Positions 8,236 to 17,955 of a stretch of DNA of 64,000 nucleotides are shown piece by piece. The stretch's first letter is position 1. Each line of letters starts with the position of its first letter. Both the position numbers and the translations under genes were made by a program. This DNA is from an uncultured Chryseobacterium sp. (lineage in GTDB: Bacteria > Bacteroidota > Bacteroidia > Flavobacteriales_D > Sanyastnellaceae). The stretch spans positions 5,233-69,232 of the forward strand of contig CAZNVU010000001.1 in NCBI GenBank assembly GCA_964576575.1, in the 5' to 3' direction. Under the pieces are notes generated by a model. That model was not told the DNA's origin. It did not search any database and worked only from the letters and a program-made list of their open reading frames with translations.

Positions 8236-9396
8236 TCAGATGTGATCAACAATCCAAGCCCTGAGCTCGTCCAAGTTAACTTTATTTTGTGCAGAAATAA
8301 ACAAGACGTCGGACTGCATTTTGGCCATCCAAGTTTTCTTTAAATACAACAAAGTTTCTTCTTTGGACAAGGGTTCCTCAAGACTTGCTTCGTCATGTTC
8401 TGGGTGAAAGGCGTCTATTTTATTGAAAAGCAAGAGCGACTTTTTATTTCCACAGTCTATGTCTTTCAAGGTGTCGTTGACCACTTTGATATGATCCTCA
8501 AATTGTGGATGAGAAACGTCAACGACGTGAATGAGAATGTCTGCTTCTCTGACCTCATCCAAAGTGGATTTGAAAGATTCAATCAAATCATGGGGAAGTT
8601 TTCTGATAAACCCAACGGTGTCGGAAAGAAGAAAGGGTTTGTTTTCTAGTACAATTTTCCGAACAGTGGTATCCAGTGTAGCAAACAATTTGTTTTCCGC
8701 AAAGACATCGCTTTTGCTCAAAGAATTCATGAGCGTTGATTTCCCAACGTTGGTATAACCCACCAATGCCAAACGGGGAAGATCTCCTCTGTTGCTGCGT
8801 TGTGTTTTCTTTTGGCGATCGATGACGGCCAATTCTTTTTTCAAAAATGAAATGCGATCACGGACAATACGGCGGTCGGTTTCAATTTCTTGCTCACCAG
8901 GACCGCGCATACCAATACCACCTTTTTGTCTTTCTAAGTGGGACCACATGCGTGTTAATCGCGGCAGCAAGTATTGGTATTGCGCCAGTTCTACTTGCAC
9001 CTTGGCATGTGCGGTGCGCGCTCTGCGGGCAAAGATGTCCAAGATGAGGTTGTTCCGATCCAACACTTTGACCTTTTTGTCCTCAATATTGAAAACCTGC
9101 TCCAAATTGCGCAATTGCGACGGGGCCAATTCGTCATCAAAGATCACCATGTCCACATCGTGTTCATGCACGTAGTTTTTGATTTCTTCAATTTTACCTG
9201 TTCCGACAAAGGTTCTGGAATCCGGATGAGGCAGTGATTGTGTAAACCGCTCCAATGTTAATGCATTGGCCGTTTCAGCCAAGAAAGCCAGCTCGTCCAA
9301 GTACTCTTCTAAAAGCCTTCGGGTTTGGGTTTGTGTGACAATGCCGACCAAGACACAAGTCTCTTGCGGTTTGGCTGTGGAAACTAATTTGGCCAT
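8236..9396 (-). CDS. hflX: GTPase HflX
   Basis: It has G1 GYTNVGKST, G3 DTVGF and G4 NKID, plus an HflX-type N-terminal domain (LDELAFLAETA...). Confidence 0.9.
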   Translation of the reverse strand: MAKLVSTAKPQETCVLVGIVTQTQTRRLLEEYLDELAFLAETANALTLERFTQSLPHPDSRTFVGTGKIEEIKNYVHEHDVDMVIFDDELAPSQLRNLEQVFNIEDKKVKVLDRNNLILDIFARRARTAHAKVQVELAQYQYLLPRLTRMWSHLERQKGGIGMRGPGEQEIETDRRIVRDRISFLKKELAVIDRQKKTQRSNRGDLPRLALVGYTNVGKSTLMNSLSKSDVFAENKLFATLDTTVRKIVLENKPFLLSDTVGFIRKLPHDLIESFKSTLDEVREADILIHVVDVSHPQFEDHIKVVNDTLKDIDCGNKKSLLLFNKIDAFHPEHDEASLEEPLSKEETLLYLKKTWMAKMQSDVLFISAQNKVNLDELRAWIVDHI

Positions 9397-9399
9397 GGA

Positions 9400-9708
9400 T
9401 TAATGGGTACGCATTTGAATAACATAATCCGCAACGGCCTTGATTTCTTGTGGTGATAAACGACCATCGAATGGAGGCATGCTGCCTTTTCCCATTTGTA
9501 TTTGCGCCACCACTTCTTCTTTTTTTAAAGTCGAAGCAGGCAAAGCCTTGGCTCCAGCCAGTTGCAACTGACCATCTAATCCGTGGCAACCCGCACAACG
9601 TGTAGTATAAATGTCTTTGCCATTGGGTGCACTTTCCTGCTGGGGAGCGCTTCCGTTGTTGCATGAAAATACAACCAAGGCAAGGCCAATTAACATGGAT
9701 GATTTCAT
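9400..9708 (-). CDS. Class I c-type cytochrome, predicted lipoprotein
   Basis: It has the CAGCH heme-binding motif and a downstream Met (GKGSMPPF). The start MKSSMLIGLALVVFSC gives a lipobox Cys. The track start at 9735 would overlap the upstream gene and was trimmed. Confidence 0.8.
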   Translation of the reverse strand: MKSSMLIGLALVVFSCNNGSAPQQESAPNGKDIYTTRCAGCHGLDGQLQLAGAKALPASTLKKEEVVAQIQMGKGSMPPFDGRLSPQEIKAVADYVIQMRTH

Positions 9709-9709
9709 A

Positions 9710-10144
9710 TTAGAACCAACCACGGTATGGAGCAAATGATAAGAAAGGCCATGGAATCATCGCCATCATGATGATGAAACCAATCAAGAAGAAACGGAAG
9801 ATCGTTTTGTAACGCGTTGCGCTGTCAGCTGCTCTTTTTCCTTTGATATGCCCCAAAGAAATGAACACAATGGCAATCAACATCATCATCGAGTGTTCCA
9901 TAATAAAATATCTATTCTCAGCAAGTTTCATTTCTGGGGTGCCGGAAACAGCGGAAAATTTCTGGAACCAAAGAATAATTCCTAAAATAAATTGGGTATG
10001 TACTACCAACATGCTCAGCATAGACCACTTGCTTGGAGCGGCTTCCTTGTTTTTCATATTCATGAAGGCATGAACAATAGTCCAGATGATCAAGATCACT
10101 GCGACGTAACGCAGAAAAGAATGTAAGTGAAGAATTCCAGTCAT
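9710..10144 (-). CDS. Small integral membrane protein, about 4 TM helices, function unknown
   Basis: Four hydrophobic segments are visible, and His residues sit in the first helix (HLHSFLRY). Its stop lies 1 nt before the cytochrome c start. Confidence 0.6.
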   Translation of the reverse strand: MTGILHLHSFLRYVAVILIIWTIVHAFMNMKNKEAAPSKWSMLSMLVVHTQFILGIILWFQKFSAVSGTPEMKLAENRYFIMEHSMMMLIAIVFISLGHIKGKRAADSATRYKTIFRFFLIGFIIMMAMIPWPFLSFAPYRGWF

Positions 10145-10160
10145 AATTTTTACTTTGTCA

Positions 10161-10168
10161 CAAATATA
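10161..10168 (-). promoter_or_regulatory. Candidate -7 promoter box (minus strand reads TATATTTG)
   Basis: A TAnnTTTG match 17 nt upstream of the minus-strand ATG at 10144. Confidence 0.25.
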
Positions 10169-10206
10169 ATCTTTGACGGTCCAATAAGATGCCTCATTTT
10201 TGACAA

Positions 10207-10524
10207 ATGAATAAAGTACTTTACAATGTCACTGTTTCAGTGGATGAGGCAGTGCATGAGACTTGGTTGGATTGGATGAAATCCGTACATATTCCTGAGG
10301 TAATGGCCACTGGGATGTTCTTAGAGAATAGGATTTGTAGGGTATTGGATTTTGAAGAGGGTGGAATAACCTACGCGGTGCAGTATGTATGCCGGAGTGC
10401 GGATGATCTAGATCGTTATCGAGAGGAGTTTGCAACGGCTCTGCAGGCGGATCACAATGAAAAGTTTGGGCAACACTGTGCTGCTTTCAGAACAGTATTG
10501 GAAATTTTGGATGAGATCAAATAA
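10207..10524 (+). CDS. DUF4286-like small protein
   Basis: At 105 aa, its N-terminus YNVTVSVDE..H..WL.WM...HIPEVMATG matches my recollection of the DUF4286 family. Confidence 0.6.
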   Translation: MNKVLYNVTVSVDEAVHETWLDWMKSVHIPEVMATGMFLENRICRVLDFEEGGITYAVQYVCRSADDLDRYREEFATALQADHNEKFGQHCAAFRTVLEILDEIK

Positions 10525-11639
<1,115 letters not shown>

Positions 11640-11653
<14 letters not shown>

Positions 11654-12962
11654 TCCAGGATTCTGGATTTTGCGCAGTTCCTTTTGTGCTGTTGACAGAC
11701 CACAACTCAAAGTGAAGTACCGCCTCGTCATCTGTCATACCCACATTGCCCAAAGATTGTTTGGAATTAACCTTGTCACCAACTTTGACGCTGACCTGAG
11801 CAAGTCCAGAATAGACTGTTTTATAGGTTCCGTGGGTGACTATGATGTTGTAACCCGCACCAGGGATGCTAAAAACTGAAGTTACCTTTCCTCCAAATAC
11901 GCACAATACATTTTCACCTTGCTTTGTGGTGAAGTCAACGCCGTTGTTGTTCAATACAATATCATCCAAACTGGGATGATTGTGTTTTCCAAATCTTGAT
12001 GTAATGGTTCCTTGTGCCACAGGCCAGGGAAGGTTTCCTTTGTTGGTTTCAAAGTTGCTGTTTAATGCAATAACTTCTGGTGCTAAAGTAATGGCGGTGT
12101 TTTTGATTTCTGTTTTGGTGGCCAACGGTGCCTTTGGCCCTTCACCTTTTGGTGTTTCGGTTTTTGGAGTATTGACTGCTGTGAGTTTCTTTATCTTTTC
12201 CTCTTCTTTTTTGCGTTCTGCTGCCAACTCCCTGTTGATGATGTCTTGGATTTTACTGTTTAATTTCTTGCGGTCTCCATCCAATTTCTTCTGTTGCGCG
12301 CGGAGTTTACCTTCTTCCTTTTTGAGTTTTCCCAACTTTTCTTGCTGGGATTGGCGGTCCTGATCGATTTCTGTTTTTACCACTTCCTGCTCCTTTTTCA
12401 AAGCTAGCGCTTCATGGCGAGTGTATTTCAGTTCGTTGATTTTATCCTTCAGTGTTTGCTCTGTTTCTTGAATTATCTCCACTTGTTTTTGTCTACCTTC
12501 AGACAAGGCCTGCATGATCTTGTATCGCTTGTAGGCTTGATAGAAATCATCTGCGCTCAGAATAAAAACGATGCTGTTGTAAGTGTTTCGGTTTTTGTAG
12601 GCTTGATAAACCATTTTGGCATATTCAGACTTCAATGATTCCACTTGGAATTCCAACTGCTCGATTTGGTTTTGCTCTTGTTGAATGGTTACATCCAATT
12701 GCCCCAATTCACCATCGATGTTCTCAATCATTTTTTCCCTATAGCGAATTTGCTCATTGAGCATGGCAATTTGGTTGGATGTTAGTCTTTGCTTTTTCTC
12801 AGAATCAGCAATCATGGCTTTGGTTTCCTTGATTTTGGCCGTTATCTCATCCCGTTGTGTCTTGAGCAATTCTTTTTTGTTTTGCGCCAACATCCATTGA
12901 CTGACCAGAACACCAGTAATGATGCTCGAAACAATGATGAAGAAATGTATCAGTTTTCTCAT
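11640..12962 (-). CDS. EnvC-like murein hydrolase activator: long coiled coil plus a degenerate LytM/M23 domain
   Basis: It has an N-terminal anchor, then about 270 aa of heptad-like E/K/Q-rich sequence. The C-terminal M23 fold has its zinc ligands replaced: NNGVD instead of HxGxD, YSGL instead of YxHL, and VLHFE instead of HLHFE. Confidence 0.8.
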
Positions 12963-13876
12963 AATTTCTTTTTCACTTCATATCCCTCTGGTACTTCAAA
13001 AGGATATTCAAATGTTCTATCGGTGACCCATTTGTTAACGTTCCAGCCGAATATAAATTGTTTCTCTTTGTCTGTCACGATGATTTCTACTTGACCAGGA
13101 TAGGCGTTTTGCTTTTCTTTGTTTTCATCAAAGCTCCAGGAGTTGTATTTTATTTCAATTAACCTGTTGTTCATGAGGTCTTGAAATACACATTTGTTGA
13201 GATGAAAGTGCTCGCTCTCAAACCAATATTTAGAAAGGATAAGGCCGTCTTCCTCAAGTTTGTGTTGTCTTCTTTTTTCTCTGTTTCTGATTCGGTCGTC
13301 ATCTGTTTCCAATGTATCTGGATTTTGGTTCAGAATGGCCATTGATTTTTTTATGCGTCTTTTGTATCTGGTGGAGATGAGGTATTGATTATCGTCAACA
13401 TCAGATTTGAACTTTCCTCCAATGCGATCTATCCCTACAGGTCTGCCGCTCATGATGCTTTCTAAATCTTCTAAGTCAAATTCGAAATGCAGGAATTCTT
13501 CCAAAGAATCAATATCACTGATGTAGGCAAATTTATTATCAGGAATTTTAGATAGTACTTTTAAGCTGTCTTTAAGGATTATCACCCGCGCCACTTCTAT
13601 TCCTAAAGCCGGTGAAAAACTCATCCAAATGGCGCTGTCGTTTTTGATTCTGACATTGGCTTTGAATTCAATGTTGTCTTCTGTATTTTTTGTAAATCCT
13701 TCGATTTTCATTCCAAGTTGTTTGTATTCCGTCCAACTTTTTTCGTTTTGCTTAAGGACAGTCATGGCGGGCTTTGGACGGATGTTTTCTCCAAGAGCAT
13801 TAGCGCTTTTGGAAGGTCGACATCCTATCAGAACAATGAGTGATGCAATGATTATGTATATATGCTTTAAGGACAT
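12959..13876 (-). CDS. DUF4292-like lipoprotein
   Basis: It has a lipoprotein signal LIVLIGC. It makes a 4-nt overlap with the downstream EnvC-like gene. The family assignment is from memory of the conserved TPR/DUF4292/M23 gene order. Confidence 0.6.
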   Translation of the reverse strand: MSLKHIYIIIASLIVLIGCRPSKSANALGENIRPKPAMTVLKQNEKSWTEYKQLGMKIEGFTKNTEDNIEFKANVRIKNDSAIWMSFSPALGIEVARVIILKDSLKVLSKIPDNKFAYISDIDSLEEFLHFEFDLEDLESIMSGRPVGIDRIGGKFKSDVDDNQYLISTRYKRRIKKSMAILNQNPDTLETDDDRIRNREKRRQHKLEEDGLILSKYWFESEHFHLNKCVFQDLMNNRLIEIKYNSWSFDENKEKQNAYPGQVEIIVTDKEKQFIFGWNVNKWVTDRTFEYPFEVPEGYEVKKKL

Positions 13877-15552
13877 TCGGGATTAATTTGATTCAGCCAA
13901 TTATTGAATGGCATTTTTTTCTTGGCCTCCAATAAGAATTTGCAAGCTGTAATGTTGTCTTTTTTCTCAGTGAAATACTTGGCGGCATTCAAGGCGTCAA
14001 AAAAACTATTTTTGTCAAATTCAGATTCAGCGATGTTTTCACCTTTTCTCATTCTTAGCGCATGCAGTGTGATTTCGTATCCAGGAATTTGGTTATTGAT
14101 CAAAACAATCACTTGGTCTTCAAGTTCGGGAATGTTAATAGAGAAAAACTCGTTGATCCAACCCATTTGTAAGACTGAAACTGTGGTCATGATGTTTATT
14201 TTTTTCATCATTGCTTGACCTTGAAAGAGCGCGTTTTTTTGATCACCAATTGCCGCATAACTAAATAGTTTCATCAGGTATAAACCTGATTCTATTGCTG
14301 GGTCGTCTAGGACTATGGCCAGACCTGCATTACACTCTTCTATACACCTTTGAAACTCACCCATTCTGAAAAGGGCCTGGGCAGCTTGATTTCTGAATTC
14401 CGCGGCAAACGGAAAGAGATTATAGGCTTCTTGAGATAGATCATAATACTGTGTTGCTGATGAGGCTGGGTTTTCCTCAAACATTCCCAATAATGCTATC
14501 CAAACTACTTTTTTGGAGGGGTCAAGTTGAACAGTATTTAAGTACGATTCTATTGCTTTGGTTGAATTATTGTTCAACGCATAGAAATCACCAGCCAATG
14601 AGTGCGCTTTGGCTTCTCTCGGAAAAGCAATCAATGTTTTTTCAATGCAACGTGCTATGATGGCTTTCCATTCTTCTTGTATGTTCTCACTGTATACAAA
14701 AGGGGCCAGTGCATTGATGCGTTGATCGATTCCTATTCCTGGCATGTCCAACGCTTTATCCAGGGCCAATAGAATGTCTTGTGGATGCGCTTTGGGGTCT
14801 TTTGATAGGATTTTGTATTGCAGAAAGGCCTTTTGACTTTCAGGCGTGTGGGGATTTTTATTGATCAAGTTTAATGCCTTTTGATTGGCATTGGTGCCCA
14901 AATAAAACTCTACAGCCTGCATGGTGAAGTCTGTTTCTTCCGGAAATGCCAATGCTAGTTTTTCAAGTTCAAGACCGGCTGCATCTATATCTTTCAGTTG
15001 AATATATAGTTCTTGTTTTAAGCGTGATATATATGGGTCGATGCCATTGACTTTTTCCAATTGATCCAGCGCTTCTATGGCTTGTCTCAACTCTCCATTT
15101 CTGGAGCAAGTTTCAGACAATTCAAGCAATGGCAATGTCCATGCAGGGTCTTGTTTGATGAGCGCTTGGTATTGCTTGGTGCTTTGTGACCATTGATTGT
15201 TGGCACCTAGACATCTAGCGTATTCTAAACCATACCACTTGTTGTTCTTGTCTATTTCAACAGCCCGCTTGGCATGCATTAGCGCCAATTCTGGAATCAG
15301 CAATTGTTCCCTTTGAATGCGTGCAACTTCATAGTGCGCGGCGGCCTCATTGGGTAGAATAACCAGATAGTCCTCAAAGGCTTTTACGGACTGTTCCCAC
15401 TTGGCATTGTTTTTCAATTCGATTCCTTTGAAAAACTGGTCGTTCGCTTCTTTGGCTTTTTCCTTGGAAAGAAAAATACTGGTTTGTTTTTTAGCACAAC
15501 TGCTGAAAACGAGGATAAACCCAAGAATGATATGTATGGTGATTTTATTCAA
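13867..15552 (-). CDS. TPR-repeat lipoprotein
   Basis: It has a lipobox LVFSSC and multiple 34-aa A/Y/L-patterned repeats. The start is TTG, as there is no in-frame ATG before the signal peptide. Confidence 0.7.
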   Translation of the reverse strand: MNKITIHIILGFILVFSSCAKKQTSIFLSKEKAKEANDQFFKGIELKNNAKWEQSVKAFEDYLVILPNEAAAHYEVARIQREQLLIPELALMHAKRAVEIDKNNKWYGLEYARCLGANNQWSQSTKQYQALIKQDPAWTLPLLELSETCSRNGELRQAIEALDQLEKVNGIDPYISRLKQELYIQLKDIDAAGLELEKLALAFPEETDFTMQAVEFYLGTNANQKALNLINKNPHTPESQKAFLQYKILSKDPKAHPQDILLALDKALDMPGIGIDQRINALAPFVYSENIQEEWKAIIARCIEKTLIAFPREAKAHSLAGDFYALNNNSTKAIESYLNTVQLDPSKKVVWIALLGMFEENPASSATQYYDLSQEAYNLFPFAAEFRNQAAQALFRMGEFQRCIEECNAGLAIVLDDPAIESGLYLMKLFSYAAIGDQKNALFQGQAMMKKINIMTTVSVLQMGWINEFFSINIPELEDQVIVLINNQIPGYEITLHALRMRKGENIAESEFDKNSFFDALNAAKYFTEKKDNITACKFLLEAKKKMPFNNWLNQINPECP

Positions 15553-16549
15553 TGTTGCCTACGGTAGAAAAATCTCCTAAATTCAGATCACCGGAGTAAT
15601 GTCTGATATGGCAATTTGAACCAATCATCGCATTTTCAATATTGGATTCAGCAATTACAGTTTGTGCATTGACAATGGCGTTTTCAATTTTAGTATTAAT
15701 GATTTTTACACCTTTTTCCAATGACACATATGGTCCAACAATTGCATTTTTCAGGACCACATCATCTGCAATAAAACAAGGAGGAATAATTTCACTATTC
15801 TCTCCCAAAGTTTGTGCTTGTGCATATTGTGGTTCATAGCCCAATATTTTTTGATTGGTTTCAACAACAGCTGCTTTGTTTCCGCAGTCCATCCAGTCAT
15901 TGACTGTTCCCGGAGTAAAGCGGGCTCCTTGTTTCATCATGTTCCTCAAGGCATCAGGTAGCTGGTACTCTCCGCCATTGGTGATGTTTTTGTCTAACAA
16001 ATATTGCAGCTCTTTTCTCAGCCATTGACCATCTTTGAAATAGTAGATACCGATCATAGCAAGGTCACTGATAAATTGCTGCGGTTTTTCGACAAACTCC
16101 AATATTTTTCCGTTGTCATCTGTTACAACGACACCAAACTGTCTTGGGTCGTCAATTTTCTGCACCCACAAAACACCATCGGCATTTTGATCCAATTCAA
16201 AATTGGCTTTGAACAGTGTATCGGCAAAGGCTACGGTCACAGGACCCTCAAGGTGCTCTGCAGCGCAAAGCACAGCATGCGCAGTGCCCAATGCTTGGTC
16301 TTGGTAATGGATGCTTCCTTTGGCGCCTAATGTTTGGGCTACTTCTAGCAAGTGTTGCTCAGCGGCTTCTCCAAATCGTCCGGTAACAAAGGCTATGTGC
16401 TCAACTTTTTGGTCGCTCACTTTACAAATTTCCTCTACCAAACGTTGCACAATGGGCTTTCCCGCTACGTGAATAAGCGGTTTGGGGGTGGTTAAAGTAT
16501 GCGGGCGAAGGCGCTTGCCCATGCCCGCCATAGGTACAATGACATTCAT
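15545..16549 (-). CDS. Sugar-phosphate nucleotidyltransferase with a C-terminal left-handed beta-helix
   Basis: It has the PMAGMGKRLRP motif, and the C-terminal third shows hexapeptide-like repeats. Confidence 0.75.
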   Translation of the reverse strand: MNVIVPMAGMGKRLRPHTLTTPKPLIHVAGKPIVQRLVEEICKVSDQKVEHIAFVTGRFGEAAEQHLLEVAQTLGAKGSIHYQDQALGTAHAVLCAAEHLEGPVTVAFADTLFKANFELDQNADGVLWVQKIDDPRQFGVVVTDDNGKILEFVEKPQQFISDLAMIGIYYFKDGQWLRKELQYLLDKNITNGGEYQLPDALRNMMKQGARFTPGTVNDWMDCGNKAAVVETNQKILGYEPQYAQAQTLGENSEIIPPCFIADDVVLKNAIVGPYVSLEKGVKIINTKIENAIVNAQTVIAESNIENAMIGSNCHIRHYSGDLNLGDFSTVGNIE

Positions 16550-16650
16550 GCGTATTAATTAGCAGTACCAAAGAAAATCTACAAGTCCTTTGTTTATTCA
16601 ATCGATTGAGAGAATAATCAACACTGTATCGTTAACGCAAATGTTTGTGC

Positions 16651-17955
16651 TTATTTGATTTGGCCGTATTTGCGCTGGTATTTCTCGTATAAGTCTAATT
16701 GTTTGTTGCGGATGGTAATGTCACGTCCGTCAATGAACGCACGAACCAAGTAGTTGGTTTGCATGTTCAGAGCATCCCCTTCTGAAAGAAAGAAAGTGGC
16801 ACTTTTACCCAATTCAATACTTCCATAATTTGCGTCGATCTTGAGGATTTTGGCGGCATCCAAAGTGAGCGCTTGAACTGCTGCTTCATAGGGTAGGCCG
16901 TATCCAACAGCTGTTCCTGCTAAGAAGGGTAGGTTGCGAGAATTCATGGCTTCCATATCTCCTGCATTTTGAAAACAGAAAAGAACTCCAGCATCGTGCA
17001 GGCGCTTGGCCAAGGTAAACGGAGCATCTATTTCATCACCGGAAAAACGGGGTAAGCTGTGAACGCGCGGTATCATCACGGGGATATTGTTTTCCTTGAG
17101 CAATGGAGCAACCCAGGCTGCATCATGACCGCCAACGATAACCATTTCTGGTATTTTATGTTTTTGTTTGAATGTTACAGCTTCTGTTATTTGACGCTCA
17201 TCTTCTGCATGAACATACCAAGTTGCGTTGCCATCAATGACTGGACACATAGCTTCCATTCTTGGATCTACCTCGCTTGGCTGTGGCATACTGCAATAGG
17301 CTCTAGATGCTTCAAAGTAGAGTCCTAGTCCGTCCACTTCTTCTGAATAACCTTTGTTGATTTCCAAACCACCTTGAGAACGACGGTAGGGGTATGGCCA
17401 ATTCACATGTATACCATCATTGGTTCTAACCACGGCATCTTCCCAGTTCCAAGCGTCCAAGTGTACAATGGATGATGTGCCTGAAATGGTTCCACCCCTT
17501 GGAGTGACTTGTGTTAGTAGGACTCCATTGCTTCTAACGGTAGGCAATATTTCCGAGTCGGTATTGAAGGCAATGAGTGATCGGATGTGCGGGTTGTAAT
17601 CTCCCACCTCATAAAAGTCGCTGGTAGCACGAACCGCTTCCATCTCTATCAATCCCAAATTGATTGCAGGAGCTATAAATCCAGGATACAAGTGTTGTTC
17701 ACTGGCATAGATAACCTCATCATATGCGTCTGGAGCCAATCTAATGGTACGTGCATCCGCAACCAAAACTATTTTACCATCTTTGAATCCGATGGCTGCA
17801 TTGTCCATCACCTGACCATTGCCCAGATGCGCCACCGCGTTCATGATGAGAATAGACTTCGATTGTTTTGGTGCAGGAGAATACTGCCCTTGCGCTATGC
17901 AGCTTATCAGTGCAAAGCAAATGATTAAAATCTTAGTGGTGGTTTTCATGGTCAT
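16651..17955 (-). CDS. Amidohydrolase-superfamily protein lacking the canonical HxH metal motif (secreted)
   Basis: The start is MTMKTTTKILIICFALISC, with an ATG at 17955 or 17949; the track start at 18066 is rejected. PGFIAPAINLG replaces PGxIDxHxH. The C-terminal half resembles amidohydrolases (FQNAGD...GSIELGKSATF). Confidence 0.7.
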   Translation of the reverse strand: MTMKTTTKILIICFALISCIAQGQYSPAPKQSKSILIMNAVAHLGNGQVMDNAAIGFKDGKIVLVADARTIRLAPDAYDEVIYASEQHLYPGFIAPAINLGLIEMEAVRATSDFYEVGDYNPHIRSLIAFNTDSEILPTVRSNGVLLTQVTPRGGTISGTSSIVHLDAWNWEDAVVRTNDGIHVNWPYPYRRSQGGLEINKGYSEEVDGLGLYFEASRAYCSMPQPSEVDPRMEAMCPVIDGNATWYVHAEDERQITEAVTFKQKHKIPEMVIVGGHDAAWVAPLLKENNIPVMIPRVHSLPRFSGDEIDAPFTLAKRLHDAGVLFCFQNAGDMEAMNSRNLPFLAGTAVGYGLPYEAAVQALTLDAAKILKIDANYGSIELGKSATFFLSEGDALNMQTNYLVRAFIDGRDITIRNKQLDLYEKYQRKYGQIK

